From the IMG/VR virus record IMGVR_UViG_3300020577_002429, positions 1 through 64,000 of that record: a stretch of 64,000 nucleotides of DNA; one strand, written 5' to 3'. The position numbers and the translations under genes are program-made. Shown here piece after piece: positions 15,322 through 24,171 of this stretch. A model generated the notes under the pieces. That model was not told where the DNA came from, did not search any database, and saw nothing but the letters and a program-made list of their open reading frames with translations. Every line of letters begins with the position of its first letter. Within the stretch, counting starts at the first letter, position 1. This stretch comes from a virus (Duplodnaviria; Caudoviricetes).

Positions 15322-15338
15322 TTTTTTTAGGAGTAAAT

Positions 15339-15569
15339 ATGAAGACCGCAGCAGAAGTTCGTAGTATATTACAAGAAACAAAACTTAGAGATAAGCAAGA
15401 AGAAATAAAACGTATAGTAGATGATATATTAGCCAAAGGTGGAAAAACAAGAACAAGCATTAATCCAGAGAACATGGAAGAAATTGTATTTTTCTTTAAG
15501 TCGAATGGTTATAAAATAGAATGCGTAAATACTAGGTTATGTGTTTATGAAATAGATGCGTTAAATTAA
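15339..15569 (+). CDS. hypothetical protein
   Basis: Start reassigned to ATG 15339 after AGGAG. Confidence 0.7.
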   Translation: MKTAAEVRSILQETKLRDKQEEIKRIVDDILAKGGKTRTSINPENMEEIVFFFKSNGYKIECVNTRLCVYEIDALN

Positions 15570-15581
15570 ACAGGAGTAAAT

Positions 15582-15851
15582 ATGGATAAATATAAATTAA
15601 TCAGAGAACTAGGATTACAGGTATTTACCAAACCATTATCGTCAGATACAATGGTAGTAAGTGCTGATGATTTAGCGGACGTAATAGAGCGGTCTAAAAA
15701 ACATGTATTCAAATATCATACAATGGTCGAATTAATTATTCCAGAACAACCAAAAACACTAGAAGAAAAAATATTACAATTACTAAATGATCACGCTGCG
15801 CCATCTTATAGAGTATTGGAAGAAATTAGAAAGTTAGTGGAAAGTAAATGA
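15582..15851 (+). CDS. hypothetical protein
   Basis: 89 aa with AGGAG RBS. Confidence 0.7.
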   Translation: MDKYKLIRELGLQVFTKPLSSDTMVVSADDLADVIERSKKHVFKYHTMVELIIPEQPKTLEEKILQLLNDHAAPSYRVLEEIRKLVESK

Positions 15852-16597
15852 TTAAACTAGATCAAGATGGAGTACCGACTGATGTCATTTCAAAAGATTA
15901 CATGGACTCCGCTGTTAGAGCTGGTATTCTTACCATCACTAAACACGACAAAGCTCCGTATTTAAAATACTACGTACTAAACAATGGTGAGTTCATCAGA
16001 GGACCAAAGACTTCTAAAGCTACGAATCCGAAGAACTTTACAAGAGATCAAATGTTATGTCTAGTGGCCGGACTATCTACTAACGCCGAGTATCATGAAG
16101 ATATTAGAACTAATCTTTACAACAGGATTAAGTCTTTTTTCTTTGCTCAGAATACAGAACGAGATGAACCAGGATCTACTAAATATCAAAAAGAACACTT
16201 CTTCTATAAAGACAGCATACCAAATTCAACTACAACATTTGACGTTACTGAGTTAAATCTGAGATACGAAGTCGAGTCTAAAAAATTCGATGGACCTGAT
16301 ATTCTCATGCCGCAACACCTCTGGCACATGATAAAAGCGTCTCGTACATATTGGCTCTACCCGTTCGCTCTAATCGGCTTACCATGCTATCTTTTAGACC
16401 TGGTAGTGCATAGCCTTAGCTCTAATAAATTTGAAGAGAACCAGCATATCTGTATGGCTTATGTTCAAGGTAAATGGGCTATGAAACTGTACAAAGTCCT
16501 GAATAGAAATTGGAAACAAGTATCAATGAAGTATTGGTTAGATAGAAATGAAATTGAGTATCACGACTCATTACTAGAAATGATGGAAGGGTTATGA
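15848..16597 (+). CDS. hypothetical protein (249 aa)
   Basis: Long ORF with ATGA overlaps. Confidence 0.8.
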   Translation: MIKLDQDGVPTDVISKDYMDSAVRAGILTITKHDKAPYLKYYVLNNGEFIRGPKTSKATNPKNFTRDQMLCLVAGLSTNAEYHEDIRTNLYNRIKSFFFAQNTERDEPGSTKYQKEHFFYKDSIPNSTTTFDVTELNLRYEVESKKFDGPDILMPQHLWHMIKASRTYWLYPFALIGLPCYLLDLVVHSLSSNKFEENQHICMAYVQGKWAMKLYKVLNRNWKQVSMKYWLDRNEIEYHDSLLEMMEGL

Positions 16598-16794
16598 AAC
16601 TAAAAGGTATACTGGTGATAGATCCTGATGGAGATGTCTATCTTAGACAATATACTAAAGATGGAGAGTTCAGAGATATTCAAATAGCTTTAGATGAGTT
16701 AAATATTGAAATAAATGACCCAAGTATTCAACTATATAAAAAGATTGACGGGACTGAATATATAGACTATAGTGAGTCTATAAAAGGCGGATAA
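16594..16794 (+). CDS. hypothetical protein
   Basis: 66 aa, coupled to previous gene. Confidence 0.7.
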   Translation: MKLKGILVIDPDGDVYLRQYTKDGEFRDIQIALDELNIEINDPSIQLYKKIDGTEYIDYSESIKGG

Positions 16795-16903
16795 ATGATA
16801 GTGTATAGCGAATATTACGATAGAATGGGTATTTTAGAAGGTAACTTAGTAAGAATTGATGAGAGTAATTTTTTCATTCCATATACATTTAGGTGGGTAG
16901 TAG

Positions 16904-17155
16904 TTGGAAAAGATTAGTCATCGAGGTGCTCAGAAGTTGTTAAATTTAAACGGCGGTAAGTACAATATCCACGTAGTTATATATGAATACAATAGAGGAT
17001 ACTATGTTCAAGTAGAGTTAACGGAACTTCAAGACTTTCTGAGGATAGAGGTCATAAAATCTCATTTATATGCTCAATTTAAAAATATATTGTCAGGATG
17101 GCAAACAAAATACGTACATACTGACTTCGGACTAAGAAAAGTAACTATTAAATAA
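16904..17155 (+). CDS. hypothetical protein
   Basis: 83 aa, TTG start. Confidence 0.55.
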   Translation: MEKISHRGAQKLLNLNGGKYNIHVVIYEYNRGYYVQVELTELQDFLRIEVIKSHLYAQFKNILSGWQTKYVHTDFGLRKVTIK

Positions 17156-17158
17156 TAC

Positions 17159-17187
17159 TTGACAAATCCTGAAAAGTATGGCATAGT
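17159..17187 (+). promoter_or_regulatory. sigma70-type promoter
   Basis: TTGACA-17-CATAGT with TG extension. Confidence 0.55.
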
Positions 17188-17193
17188 TATTGA

Positions 17194-17451
17194 ATGAACA
17201 TTACCGACGAAGACATCTATATAATTGCAGATCATATTGCTCACAACATAGATAAATTAGCTGAGCGTTATATGAATTACGGAAGTAACCTACCATTTGA
17301 TGATTATGTTCTTACTAACGTGGCTACTGATTTGCAATATCGCTACTCACCAATACAAATTCAAGAAGCTTTTGAAGATCGCAGGATTGTACTACTGCTT
17401 GAGTTTTATATAACAGAAGAGAATTATCAAGAAGATAATACTATACACTAA
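17194..17451 (+). CDS. hypothetical acidic protein
   Basis: 85 aa ORF; ATG lies just after the promoter, possibly leaderless. Confidence 0.65.
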   Translation: MNITDEDIYIIADHIAHNIDKLAERYMNYGSNLPFDDYVLTNVATDLQYRYSPIQIQEAFEDRRIVLLLEFYITEENYQEDNTIH

Positions 17452-17461
17452 AGGAATAGTT

Positions 17462-17743
17462 ATGGCAAATAAACGTATTAGATATGTAAAAGATAGTAAT
17501 GGTAATTTTATATCACAGAACTATGTAAAGAATGATTCAGGACATGAGTTTAGAGCTGGATTTGTAGGCGGTGACGCTAAGAACCCAACTAAAGGATTCG
17601 TTAAGTCTGTAGGCGATGACACGACTCATATTACATTAGAAGCAACTAGTCATCACAAGATTAAGATTAAAATTAAGCGTACATTATCAAAATTAGGTTG
17701 TACTTTTGAAAAAGAAGTAAGAAAGCCTAGAGCTGTTGTTTGA
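17462..17743 (+). CDS. hypothetical basic protein
   Basis: 93 aa with AAGGA RBS. Confidence 0.75.
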   Translation: MANKRIRYVKDSNGNFISQNYVKNDSGHEFRAGFVGGDAKNPTKGFVKSVGDDTTHITLEATSHHKIKIKIKRTLSKLGCTFEKEVRKPRAVV

Positions 17744-17940
17744 AACTAACGGACCAAGATCTTGATTTAATTTACGATTTTGCTCATAAGAAATATGTTG
17801 ACGAAGGTAGTAAATCGTGCTATCCTATTCCTAAGACATGGGTATACGCAATAAAGCGGTTCCTAGAGGGAAAAGGATATGCGATTATTATCAAGAAGTC
17901 TAGCGATGTTACTACTGACGACGACGTGTTACAGCTGTAA
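17740..17940 (+). CDS. hypothetical protein
   Basis: 66 aa, TTG start overlapping previous stop. Confidence 0.55.
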   Translation: MKLTDQDLDLIYDFAHKKYVDEGSKSCYPIPKTWVYAIKRFLEGKGYAIIIKKSSDVTTDDDVLQL

Positions 17941-18217
17941 TAAACAAAAGATTGATTTAAAAGAAGTAGCTGAGAAGATCCAAGAGAAAGCTATTGAGCA
18001 AATCCCAACAACAGAAGATAAACAGGAAACTGTATTTCAACTTCTATCTCAGCTCAATGAAAAACAATTACAAAAACTAGTTAATGACATGGCTCAGGAT
18101 GTAGATTTACCTTCTGAGTATGTTCAATTGTCACCGAAACAGCTTGCTATGAAACGAGACGGTGTTGAGTGTGTAACATGTAACTATGTGGGTGCTGATC
18201 CCAATATGAGACAGTAA
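17879..18217 (+). CDS. hypothetical protein with C-terminal CxxC
   Basis: 112 aa; start uncertain. Confidence 0.6.
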   Translation: MRLLSRSLAMLLLTTTCYSCNKQKIDLKEVAEKIQEKAIEQIPTTEDKQETVFQLLSQLNEKQLQKLVNDMAQDVDLPSEYVQLSPKQLAMKRDGVECVTCNYVGADPNMRQ

Positions 18218-18711
18218 TGACTATAGTAGAATATTTTTTAAAAGAGTATGAAAACTTTAGAGCGCGTGTGCCAAAGGGTATGAATAAACAAGACTGGGAA
18301 GAATCTTTACAAGAAACTTATATATCATTATTAAATGTAGACTATGATGTTTCATATAAAAAAACTTTTATAAACACCTCAGCTATAAGAAAAAACTATA
18401 ATACTATAGTAACAAGAAATACGAGAAAAGGCATAATAGAGAATTTAAAAACATATGCCGACACTACTAAAGAAGCGAAGACCCCAGAACAACTAATTAT
18501 CGACAATGAAGAAATTATGGAGATAGATGCCCGTATATACAATATGCTAGAATTTTTACCAGAAGAACAGAAGGTAGCAATAAAAGACGTTCTTTTGGAG
18601 CTTACATTCGAGGATATTGGTAAAAAAAGAAACTGGAAACCAAACACAGCTAAGAAGCGATATTATTCAGGTATAAGAAAACTTAAACAAAAAGCAGGAG
18701 TAACATGGTAA
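18217..18711 (+). CDS. ECF-like RNA polymerase sigma factor
   Basis: Region 2-like DWEESLQETYISLL; region 4-like LPEEQKVAI...LTFEDIGKKRNWKPNTAKKRYYSGIRKLK; 164 aa. Confidence 0.75.
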   Translation: MTIVEYFLKEYENFRARVPKGMNKQDWEESLQETYISLLNVDYDVSYKKTFINTSAIRKNYNTIVTRNTRKGIIENLKTYADTTKEAKTPEQLIIDNEEIMEIDARIYNMLEFLPEEQKVAIKDVLLELTFEDIGKKRNWKPNTAKKRYYSGIRKLKQKAGVTW

Positions 18712-18890
18712 CAAAGTCAGAACTCATCAAGAAATTAAGACAATCAATCGTAGCCAACACTAACAAACGTGGTTATGTAGATATCACAGAAGAAACCGTA
18801 GCTGACATCGTTACAGACCTAGAACAAATTATCAACATTGAATATGCAGAAGAGGTAGTTAGTGAACAATTCAGTTTTGACATCGAGTAA
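18705..18890 (+). CDS. hypothetical protein
   Basis: 61 aa with AGGAG RBS. Confidence 0.65.
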   Translation: MVTKSELIKKLRQSIVANTNKRGYVDITEETVADIVTDLEQIINIEYAEEVVSEQFSFDIE

Positions 18891-19401
18891 ATATAAATCA
18901 TTAAGAAAGAAAATTAACACTAAATATGGTAAAAATGAGGTAATATTAGCTGAAGATATTATTCAAGAATCCTATTTAAAATTACTAGAAGCCGGACACG
19001 ACATCACCGATCCTAGATATGTTATGAATACGGCTAAGTACATTACTTTAAACGCTATAAAAGTAAACGCAAATCATAAAAGACTAAGCGGAGACTACGG
19101 ATACTTTACCAGTATATACAGTCCTGACCGCAGACTAGAGCAGCAGGATGTATATTTAGAATATAAACAACTTCTGATAGATAAGGAAGCAGATATTAAG
19201 CTAGCCATAGCTTCTCCTGATAAGACTAGACAGGTCCTATGCGTAACTACTGGTGAGGTATTTAGAACGTCTAGTAAGGCGGCTAAAGCTTATGGTATAT
19301 CTCCTAGTATGATATCAAAGAATTTATCTGGTAAAAAGAAGTCGGCTGGTAAAATCAACGGAATGGCTTTACAGTGGAGACGCTTGACAAAAGACAATTA
19401 A
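18862..19401 (+). CDS. sigma region-2-like domain fused to NUMOD1-like HTH
   Basis: LAEDIIQESYLKLL...; C-terminal RQVLCVTTGEVFRTSSKAAKAYGISPSMISKNLSGKKKSAG. Confidence 0.65.
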   Translation: MNNSVLTSSKYKSLRKKINTKYGKNEVILAEDIIQESYLKLLEAGHDITDPRYVMNTAKYITLNAIKVNANHKRLSGDYGYFTSIYSPDRRLEQQDVYLEYKQLLIDKEADIKLAIASPDKTRQVLCVTTGEVFRTSSKAAKAYGISPSMISKNLSGKKKSAGKINGMALQWRRLTKDN

Positions 19402-19412
19402 TATGCTAGGAT
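19384..19412 (+). promoter_or_regulatory. sigma70-type promoter
   Basis: TTGACA-17-TAGGAT with TG extension. Confidence 0.55.
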
Positions 19413-19579
19413 GGCAATATGAAATTTGTATACTATTATAAACATTTAGATCAGATAATACTTATAGATATATCAAAAAATGGTATCCTATATGAAACTG
19501 GACGTAATAATTTTGCATTTGAAGAAATAGCTATTAGTTTTGATAAAATTGTGCGACAATTAGATTTCGTAGGATTTTT

Positions 19580-20701
19580 ATGAAAGTTAGTTTTAGTAGT
19601 ACTCAGAAATTCTTACAATGTCCGAAGATGTATGAGTATCATTACATTAATAAGATACGCCCTACGTGGACATCTTCAGCTCTTATATTTGGAGATGCTT
19701 TAGATAAAGCTTTAAATGAACTTGTTTTAAAAACGGAGAATGACCCCTATGACACCTTCCTCAAATCCTGGACCAACGGATTCGTCAATAAAGAAGCCAT
19801 CTATATTCCAACGACTACAAAATTATTATACGCGAACAAAGATTATGAGTCTAGTTTACTTACACAGGATGATTACAAAGAAATTGCAGAACGTGTTGCT
19901 AGCGGAGAAGTCAAAGATCTCAACTTCCAAGAACTCGTAGCTAAGAAGAAAGATAAGGGTTGGGATAGATTCTCTAATGATGAGAAAGCATACTTCAATT
20001 TACATAATTGGTACTGTATGAGAAACAAGGCTAAGTACATTATTGATGGCTATAAGATTAAAGTGCTACCATTGATTACTAAAGTTCATGCAGTACAGAA
20101 AGAAATCAAAGCTGATAACGGTGCTGGCGATGAGTTCACGGGATTTATTGATCTTATTGCTGATTTAGAAGGTCATGGTACGGTGATTATTGACCACAAG
20201 ACCTCAGCTAGAGACTATGAGTGGGATAGCCCTAGTAAGTCAGCGCAGCTTGCTACATACGTCCACATGGAAGGTGAGACATACAACACTAGAAAAGCTG
20301 GATTTATTGTGTTGAAAAAGAATTTGAGATATAATAGAGTTAGAGTGTGTAAAGAGTGCGGCCATACAGGAAAAGGATCACATAAAACGTGCGATAACAC
20401 GATAGACACAGTTATGTCTGGTCCTGGTACTGGTAAAGCCTATCGCTGTAACGGTGAGTGGACAGAAACAACAAGTCCTGAAGCTGAGTTCCAAGTATTA
20501 GTACAAGAAATGCCTGAACAATTTGAACACATGACTATTGAAAATATTGACACAGTAACTAAAGCTATCGGTACTGGAGTATTTCCTAAGAATACGGATA
20601 GGTGCCTAGATCACTTTGGGTCAGAGTGCCCATACAAAAAGCTATGCTGGTCTGGTGGAAAGAACATGACAGGGCTATGTAAAACGGAGGAGACAAAATG
20701 A
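19580..20701 (+). CDS. PD-(D/E)XK exonuclease (RecB/Cas4-like phage nuclease)
   Basis: N-terminal SFSSTQKFLQCP, GFIDLIA...IIDHKTS, QLATY, C-terminal CxxxxxxxCPYKKLC. Confidence 0.85.
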   Translation: MKVSFSSTQKFLQCPKMYEYHYINKIRPTWTSSALIFGDALDKALNELVLKTENDPYDTFLKSWTNGFVNKEAIYIPTTTKLLYANKDYESSLLTQDDYKEIAERVASGEVKDLNFQELVAKKKDKGWDRFSNDEKAYFNLHNWYCMRNKAKYIIDGYKIKVLPLITKVHAVQKEIKADNGAGDEFTGFIDLIADLEGHGTVIIDHKTSARDYEWDSPSKSAQLATYVHMEGETYNTRKAGFIVLKKNLRYNRVRVCKECGHTGKGSHKTCDNTIDTVMSGPGTGKAYRCNGEWTETTSPEAEFQVLVQEMPEQFEHMTIENIDTVTKAIGTGVFPKNTDRCLDHFGSECPYKKLCWSGGKNMTGLCKTEETK

Positions 20702-20928
20702 GTGCAGTAGGACTATTCACACTAATGCTACACTTAGTCACCAGCAATACAAACTACAGCAATCCTGAGTTCCTAAAGACTAAACTTAGTTGTAAAGAGT
20801 TTTCTTATGCTTTTGCTAAAGAAGGTCAGAAGTATGCAGGTATTGTTGTTAACAAAAAAGAATACTTGACAAATTACGAAAACATTGATACACTACAAGA
20901 AGATATAAATAAACAGTGTGGATGGTAA
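20698..20928 (+). CDS. hypothetical exported or membrane protein
   Basis: Hydrophobic N-terminus. Confidence 0.6.
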   Translation: MSAVGLFTLMLHLVTSNTNYSNPEFLKTKLSCKEFSYAFAKEGQKYAGIVVNKKEYLTNYENIDTLQEDINKQCGW

Positions 20929-21200
20929 TGGAAGAAATGATGGTAGCTTTAATTTGTTTAAATGGTAAAGGATGTGATGAGGCATATAATACCTACGCAT
21001 ATTATAAGCCATCTATTACTGAGATGATTAAACAGAACGAAACAAGAGCTAGGAACATTGTGCCAGCATTTATGTTTGAATATGTTGCACCTATGGCTGC
21101 TAGTGCTGCCGGTGTTGATATATCAGTCAAGTTAAATAGAAATTTTAGTATTAAAGGAACAAAGACTACTACACAACTAACATTTAAGAGGGAATTTTAA
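20916..21200 (+). CDS. hypothetical protein
   Basis: 94 aa ORF, start uncertain. Confidence 0.6.
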   Translation: MWMVMEEMMVALICLNGKGCDEAYNTYAYYKPSITEMIKQNETRARNIVPAFMFEYVAPMAASAAGVDISVKLNRNFSIKGTKTTTQLTFKREF

Positions 21201-21553
21201 TGGCAAATAAAGCATTTGAAGATGATGAGCTAGAAGCATTACTAGCTGAAGCATCAAAGACAGTACAATCAACTAAGGCCGAAGTAAAAAAAGAAGATAC
21301 TGCATCTAAGCCTATTGAGAAAACGGTAGAAGAAGGACCAAAGTGGCAACAAGCATTTGGTGTTAATAAGAACGAAGACGGTAGATGGGACGTAACTGAA
21401 GTATTATACAATCCACTTACTAATGAATGTCGTATTAACAGTGTTGTACGAACGGAAGCTAGTAAAATGGTAGCTCAGGCTAGAGCACAAGAAGCTTTAT
21501 CTAGAGTATTAAATGGATTATCATTAAATGGTATGATTAAACAAAAACGATAG
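21200..21553 (+). CDS. hypothetical protein
   Basis: 117 aa with GAGG RBS. Confidence 0.75.
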   Translation: MANKAFEDDELEALLAEASKTVQSTKAEVKKEDTASKPIEKTVEEGPKWQQAFGVNKNEDGRWDVTEVLYNPLTNECRINSVVRTEASKMVAQARAQEALSRVLNGLSLNGMIKQKR

Positions 21554-21561
21554 GAGAAACA

Positions 21562-22119
21562 ATGAAAGAATTAGTAAAGAAACTAGCAAAAATTCAGAGC
21601 ACACTCAAGGCTCCGAAAAATCAATTCAATAAATTCGGAAACTATAGCTATAGATCATGCGAAGATATCCTGGAAGCAGTTAAACCATTACTTGCTGCTG
21701 AAGACTTAGTATTGACTATTGCCGATGAAGTATTATTTAATCCAGGTGGTGAAAACTATATTAAAGTTACCACTACTATTACTGACGGTAAAGACTCTAT
21801 CAGTAATTCTGCCGTAGCTAGAGAAGCACAAGAACAAAAAGGTATGAATCCAGCTCAAATTTCAGGATCATCTAGCAGTTACGCTAGAAAATATGCGTTA
21901 AATGGATTATTTCTAATTGATGATACAAAAGATGCTGATGCAACAAATACTCATGGTCGAGCTGATGTGTCTAAAACTGAGCAAGATATGAATGTTAAAA
22001 AAGTAGAAACTTATACTGGAGTGATTACTTCTGATTCAGTGGTAGTAACTAAACCACTACAATCATTCAAACGTCCTGTAAAAGCTATAGCAGTAACAAC
22101 TAGTGGAGATGATTTATAA
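21562..22119 (+). CDS. erf: ERF family single-strand annealing protein
   Basis: KAPKNQFNKFGNYSYRSCEDILEAVKP...AQISGSSSSYARKYALNGLFLIDD..DAD. Confidence 0.92.
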   Translation: MKELVKKLAKIQSTLKAPKNQFNKFGNYSYRSCEDILEAVKPLLAAEDLVLTIADEVLFNPGGENYIKVTTTITDGKDSISNSAVAREAQEQKGMNPAQISGSSSSYARKYALNGLFLIDDTKDADATNTHGRADVSKTEQDMNVKKVETYTGVITSDSVVVTKPLQSFKRPVKAIAVTTSGDDL

Positions 22120-22278
22120 TGCAACGTATGATTATCAATATCACAGTATTTGTAATATTAATGTTTCTTTTGAAGTTTTCAGGAGAGACAGTTAATTACA
22201 TCTTTAATATCATTGCTGAGTTTATTTTATTAAATTTAGCAGCTCACTTCATCACTAGCACTATTATAAAGGAATAAT

Positions 22279-22641
22279 ATGTCAGAAGAACAACAAATCC
22301 AAGCAGAACAAGAAACACAAGTAGCCGATACTCAGATGGATGTAACATCTGCATTACTCATCTATAAGAATCTTCAAATCACTACTAACGAGCTATTACA
22401 CCAATTTACAGCGTCACACAAAGATAATGTAACTATGGCTAAAGTATTTAAAGCTGTAATTAGCGATTTAGCTTATGATCCAGATAAGTTTGAAAATAAG
22501 AAAGCAGCCAAGCTATATCAAGCTTGCTTTGCGGTATTAAAAGCAAAAGAAGTCCTGAAAGCTGACATGAAGCAAAAGCTTAGTGAAGGTGTTGATGGAG
22601 TCTCTGATGAGCTAAAACAAAAGCTCATGAAAGAGTTCTAA
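22279..22641 (+). CDS. hypothetical protein
   Basis: 120 aa with AAGGA RBS. Confidence 0.75.
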   Translation: MSEEQQIQAEQETQVADTQMDVTSALLIYKNLQITTNELLHQFTASHKDNVTMAKVFKAVISDLAYDPDKFENKKAAKLYQACFAVLKAKEVLKADMKQKLSEGVDGVSDELKQKLMKEF

Positions 22642-22826
22642 TGCAAACAATTAAGATGTACTTAACTGGTATTGTTCCATACTTAGAGACTGAGAAACAA
22701 AAGTTATCTGAGATGGAGCAAACTGAAGAACAAACGGTACAAATTACCTTTGTGTCTAACTTATTAAAAGAAATAGCAGAATTAACTGCGAATCAAGGAG
22801 AAGAGAATGGAAAAGAAGGAATTTAA
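22641..22826 (+). CDS. hypothetical protein
   Basis: 61 aa, TAATG coupling. Confidence 0.65.
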   Translation: MQTIKMYLTGIVPYLETEKQKLSEMEQTEEQTVQITFVSNLLKEIAELTANQGEENGKEGI

Positions 22827-23067
22827 ACAACCAAAAGACCGCGTAGGTTATGTATCTAAGTCTAAAACTGGTAAATCAATCATTACCGTTGAACAGGATA
22901 TGATGCTTAAAAAAGGTGATAAGCTTATTTTAACTAAGCCAGCTGAAAACATTGATAGCCTGGTAAAGAATGGTGTCATCAGTGAAGAAGCTGGAGAACA
23001 GCGAAAGAGTTCTATTCCAGAGTGGAAGACATACGAAGTATCTAAGTTACCTCCAATGAAAAACTAA
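22807..23067 (+). CDS. hypothetical protein (possible ssDNA-binding accessory of the recombination module)
   Basis: 86 aa; context downstream of ERF; function is inference. Confidence 0.6.
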   Translation: MEKKEFKQPKDRVGYVSKSKTGKSIITVEQDMMLKKGDKLILTKPAENIDSLVKNGVISEEAGEQRKSSIPEWKTYEVSKLPPMKN

Positions 23068-23172
23068 TTATTAGGGTGCAGGTAGTTGATTCTGATCAAA
23101 TCCGCGAGACCTGATAACTGGATTTACGACGACCCTAACAGCATCTCTACTGTATATTAATTGAGACGAATG

Positions 23173-23193
23173 GCCTCCGTAAGAGGCTTTTTT
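23173..23193 (+). terminator. intrinsic terminator
   Basis: GCCTC-CGTAA-GAGGC followed by T6. Confidence 0.75.
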
Positions 23194-23199
23194 ATTTTC

Positions 23200-23228
23200 T
23201 TGACATATTCAGGATTTTGATGTAAATT
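23200..23228 (+). promoter_or_regulatory. sigma70-type promoter
   Basis: TTGACA-17-TAAATT directly after the terminator. Confidence 0.55.
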
Positions 23229-23243
23229 ATGAGTGAGGTAAAA

Positions 23244-23687
23244 ATGAAGAAATTTAGAAAAATGCTATCACTTGGTAAAGATATTGGTAATCCATTCCCA
23301 GAAGAACATGAGTGGTTATATAATTTAATTAACTCTTATGGTAAAATCAATAAAGATTATGTGTATTCGTTAATCACTGACAGTTCTGATTATATTTCTA
23401 TTCGTCAGGAGTTTATGATATCTATTTTAACTGAAACTCAGCAATATTATGATATCAAAAAGCTTAAAGATGTTCATTCTAGTATTGAAGATATTATTAC
23501 TTTATGGAGAAAAGATCCGACAGGAAAAAATGCCAGCGCAGCATGGCGCGCAGCAGAAAGCGCAGCAAGAAGCGCAGCAAGAAGCGCAGCAAGAAGCGCA
23601 GCATGGAGCGCAGCAGAAAGCGCAGCAGAGCGAAAACAAATCGAATTAATTATAAGCCTGATAAAAAAACATTCGGAGAAAAAATGA
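23244..23687 (+). CDS. phage protein with (S/W/R/E)-S-A-A repeats
   Basis: Start reassigned to ATG 23244 after GAGGT; ASAAWRAAESAARSAARSAARSAAWSAAESAAE. Confidence 0.75.
   Translation: MKKFRKMLSLGKDIGNPFPEEHEWLYNLINSYGKINKDYVYSLITDSSDYISIRQEFMISILTETQQYYDIKKLKDVHSSIEDIITLWRKDPTGKNASAAWRAAESAARSAARSAARSAAWSAAESAAERKQIELIISLIKKHSEKK
23536..23629 (+). repeat. 12-bp tandem repeat GCGCAGCA-N4, 8 units
   Basis: Read directly; GC-rich patch in an AT-rich genome. Confidence 0.9.
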
Positions 23688-23968
23688 GTAAAAAAGTAAC
23701 GAAGAAGCCTACAAAAAAACTAGTGGTAAATAAGCTATTATCTTACTTTGGTGGAAAGATTGTGTCTATTGTTCTGAAAGAAAGTAGAGCGGCTGGTGGT
23801 AGTCCTATTATTAAAGGTATGATATTGGACATGGACAATTACTATTATTATTTGGGGGATGCTTTAGATGTTGAGCTTGCTATTCCTATTAATACTGTTA
23901 CAATGATAAGAGATGGCGAACTTACTGAGGACGAAGACCTCAAGCCATTTGGAGATAAGTATCAATGA
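23684..23968 (+). CDS. hypothetical protein (Sm/SH3-like beta barrel possible)
   Basis: Start reassigned to the ATGA overlap at 23684. Confidence 0.65.
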   Translation: MSKKVTKKPTKKLVVNKLLSYFGGKIVSIVLKESRAAGGSPIIKGMILDMDNYYYYLGDALDVELAIPINTVTMIRDGELTEDEDLKPFGDKYQ

Positions 23969-24171
23969 TTGTGATTAGCAATTATTCTAATATAGAATAT
24001 ATGCCTTATACAATAGCTTTACAACTTAACTATGAAGCTACTTGGTTAAATTCTGAAAGCATAAAAGAATGCAGAATGTTATTTAAGTTACAAAAGTTAA
24101 CAAATGCACCTCTTTTTAAAATGAATAAAGCTGATAACGCTATTGGATTTATGTGGGAGAAGATACGATGA
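23965..24171 (+). CDS. dispersed KLxKL-motif micro-protein coupled to DNA polymerase
   Basis: Motif ECRMLFKLQKLT; stop overlaps polymerase ATG. Confidence 0.7.
   Translation: MIVISNYSNIEYMPYTIALQLNYEATWLNSESIKECRMLFKLQKLTNAPLFKMNKADNAIGFMWEKIR

Noticed and set aside
23449-23683. Overlapping ORFs 23449-23649 and the N-terminal extension of 23504-23968
   Set aside because: Alternative frames of the 12-bp tandem repeat; the real downstream start is the ATGA overlap at 23684.
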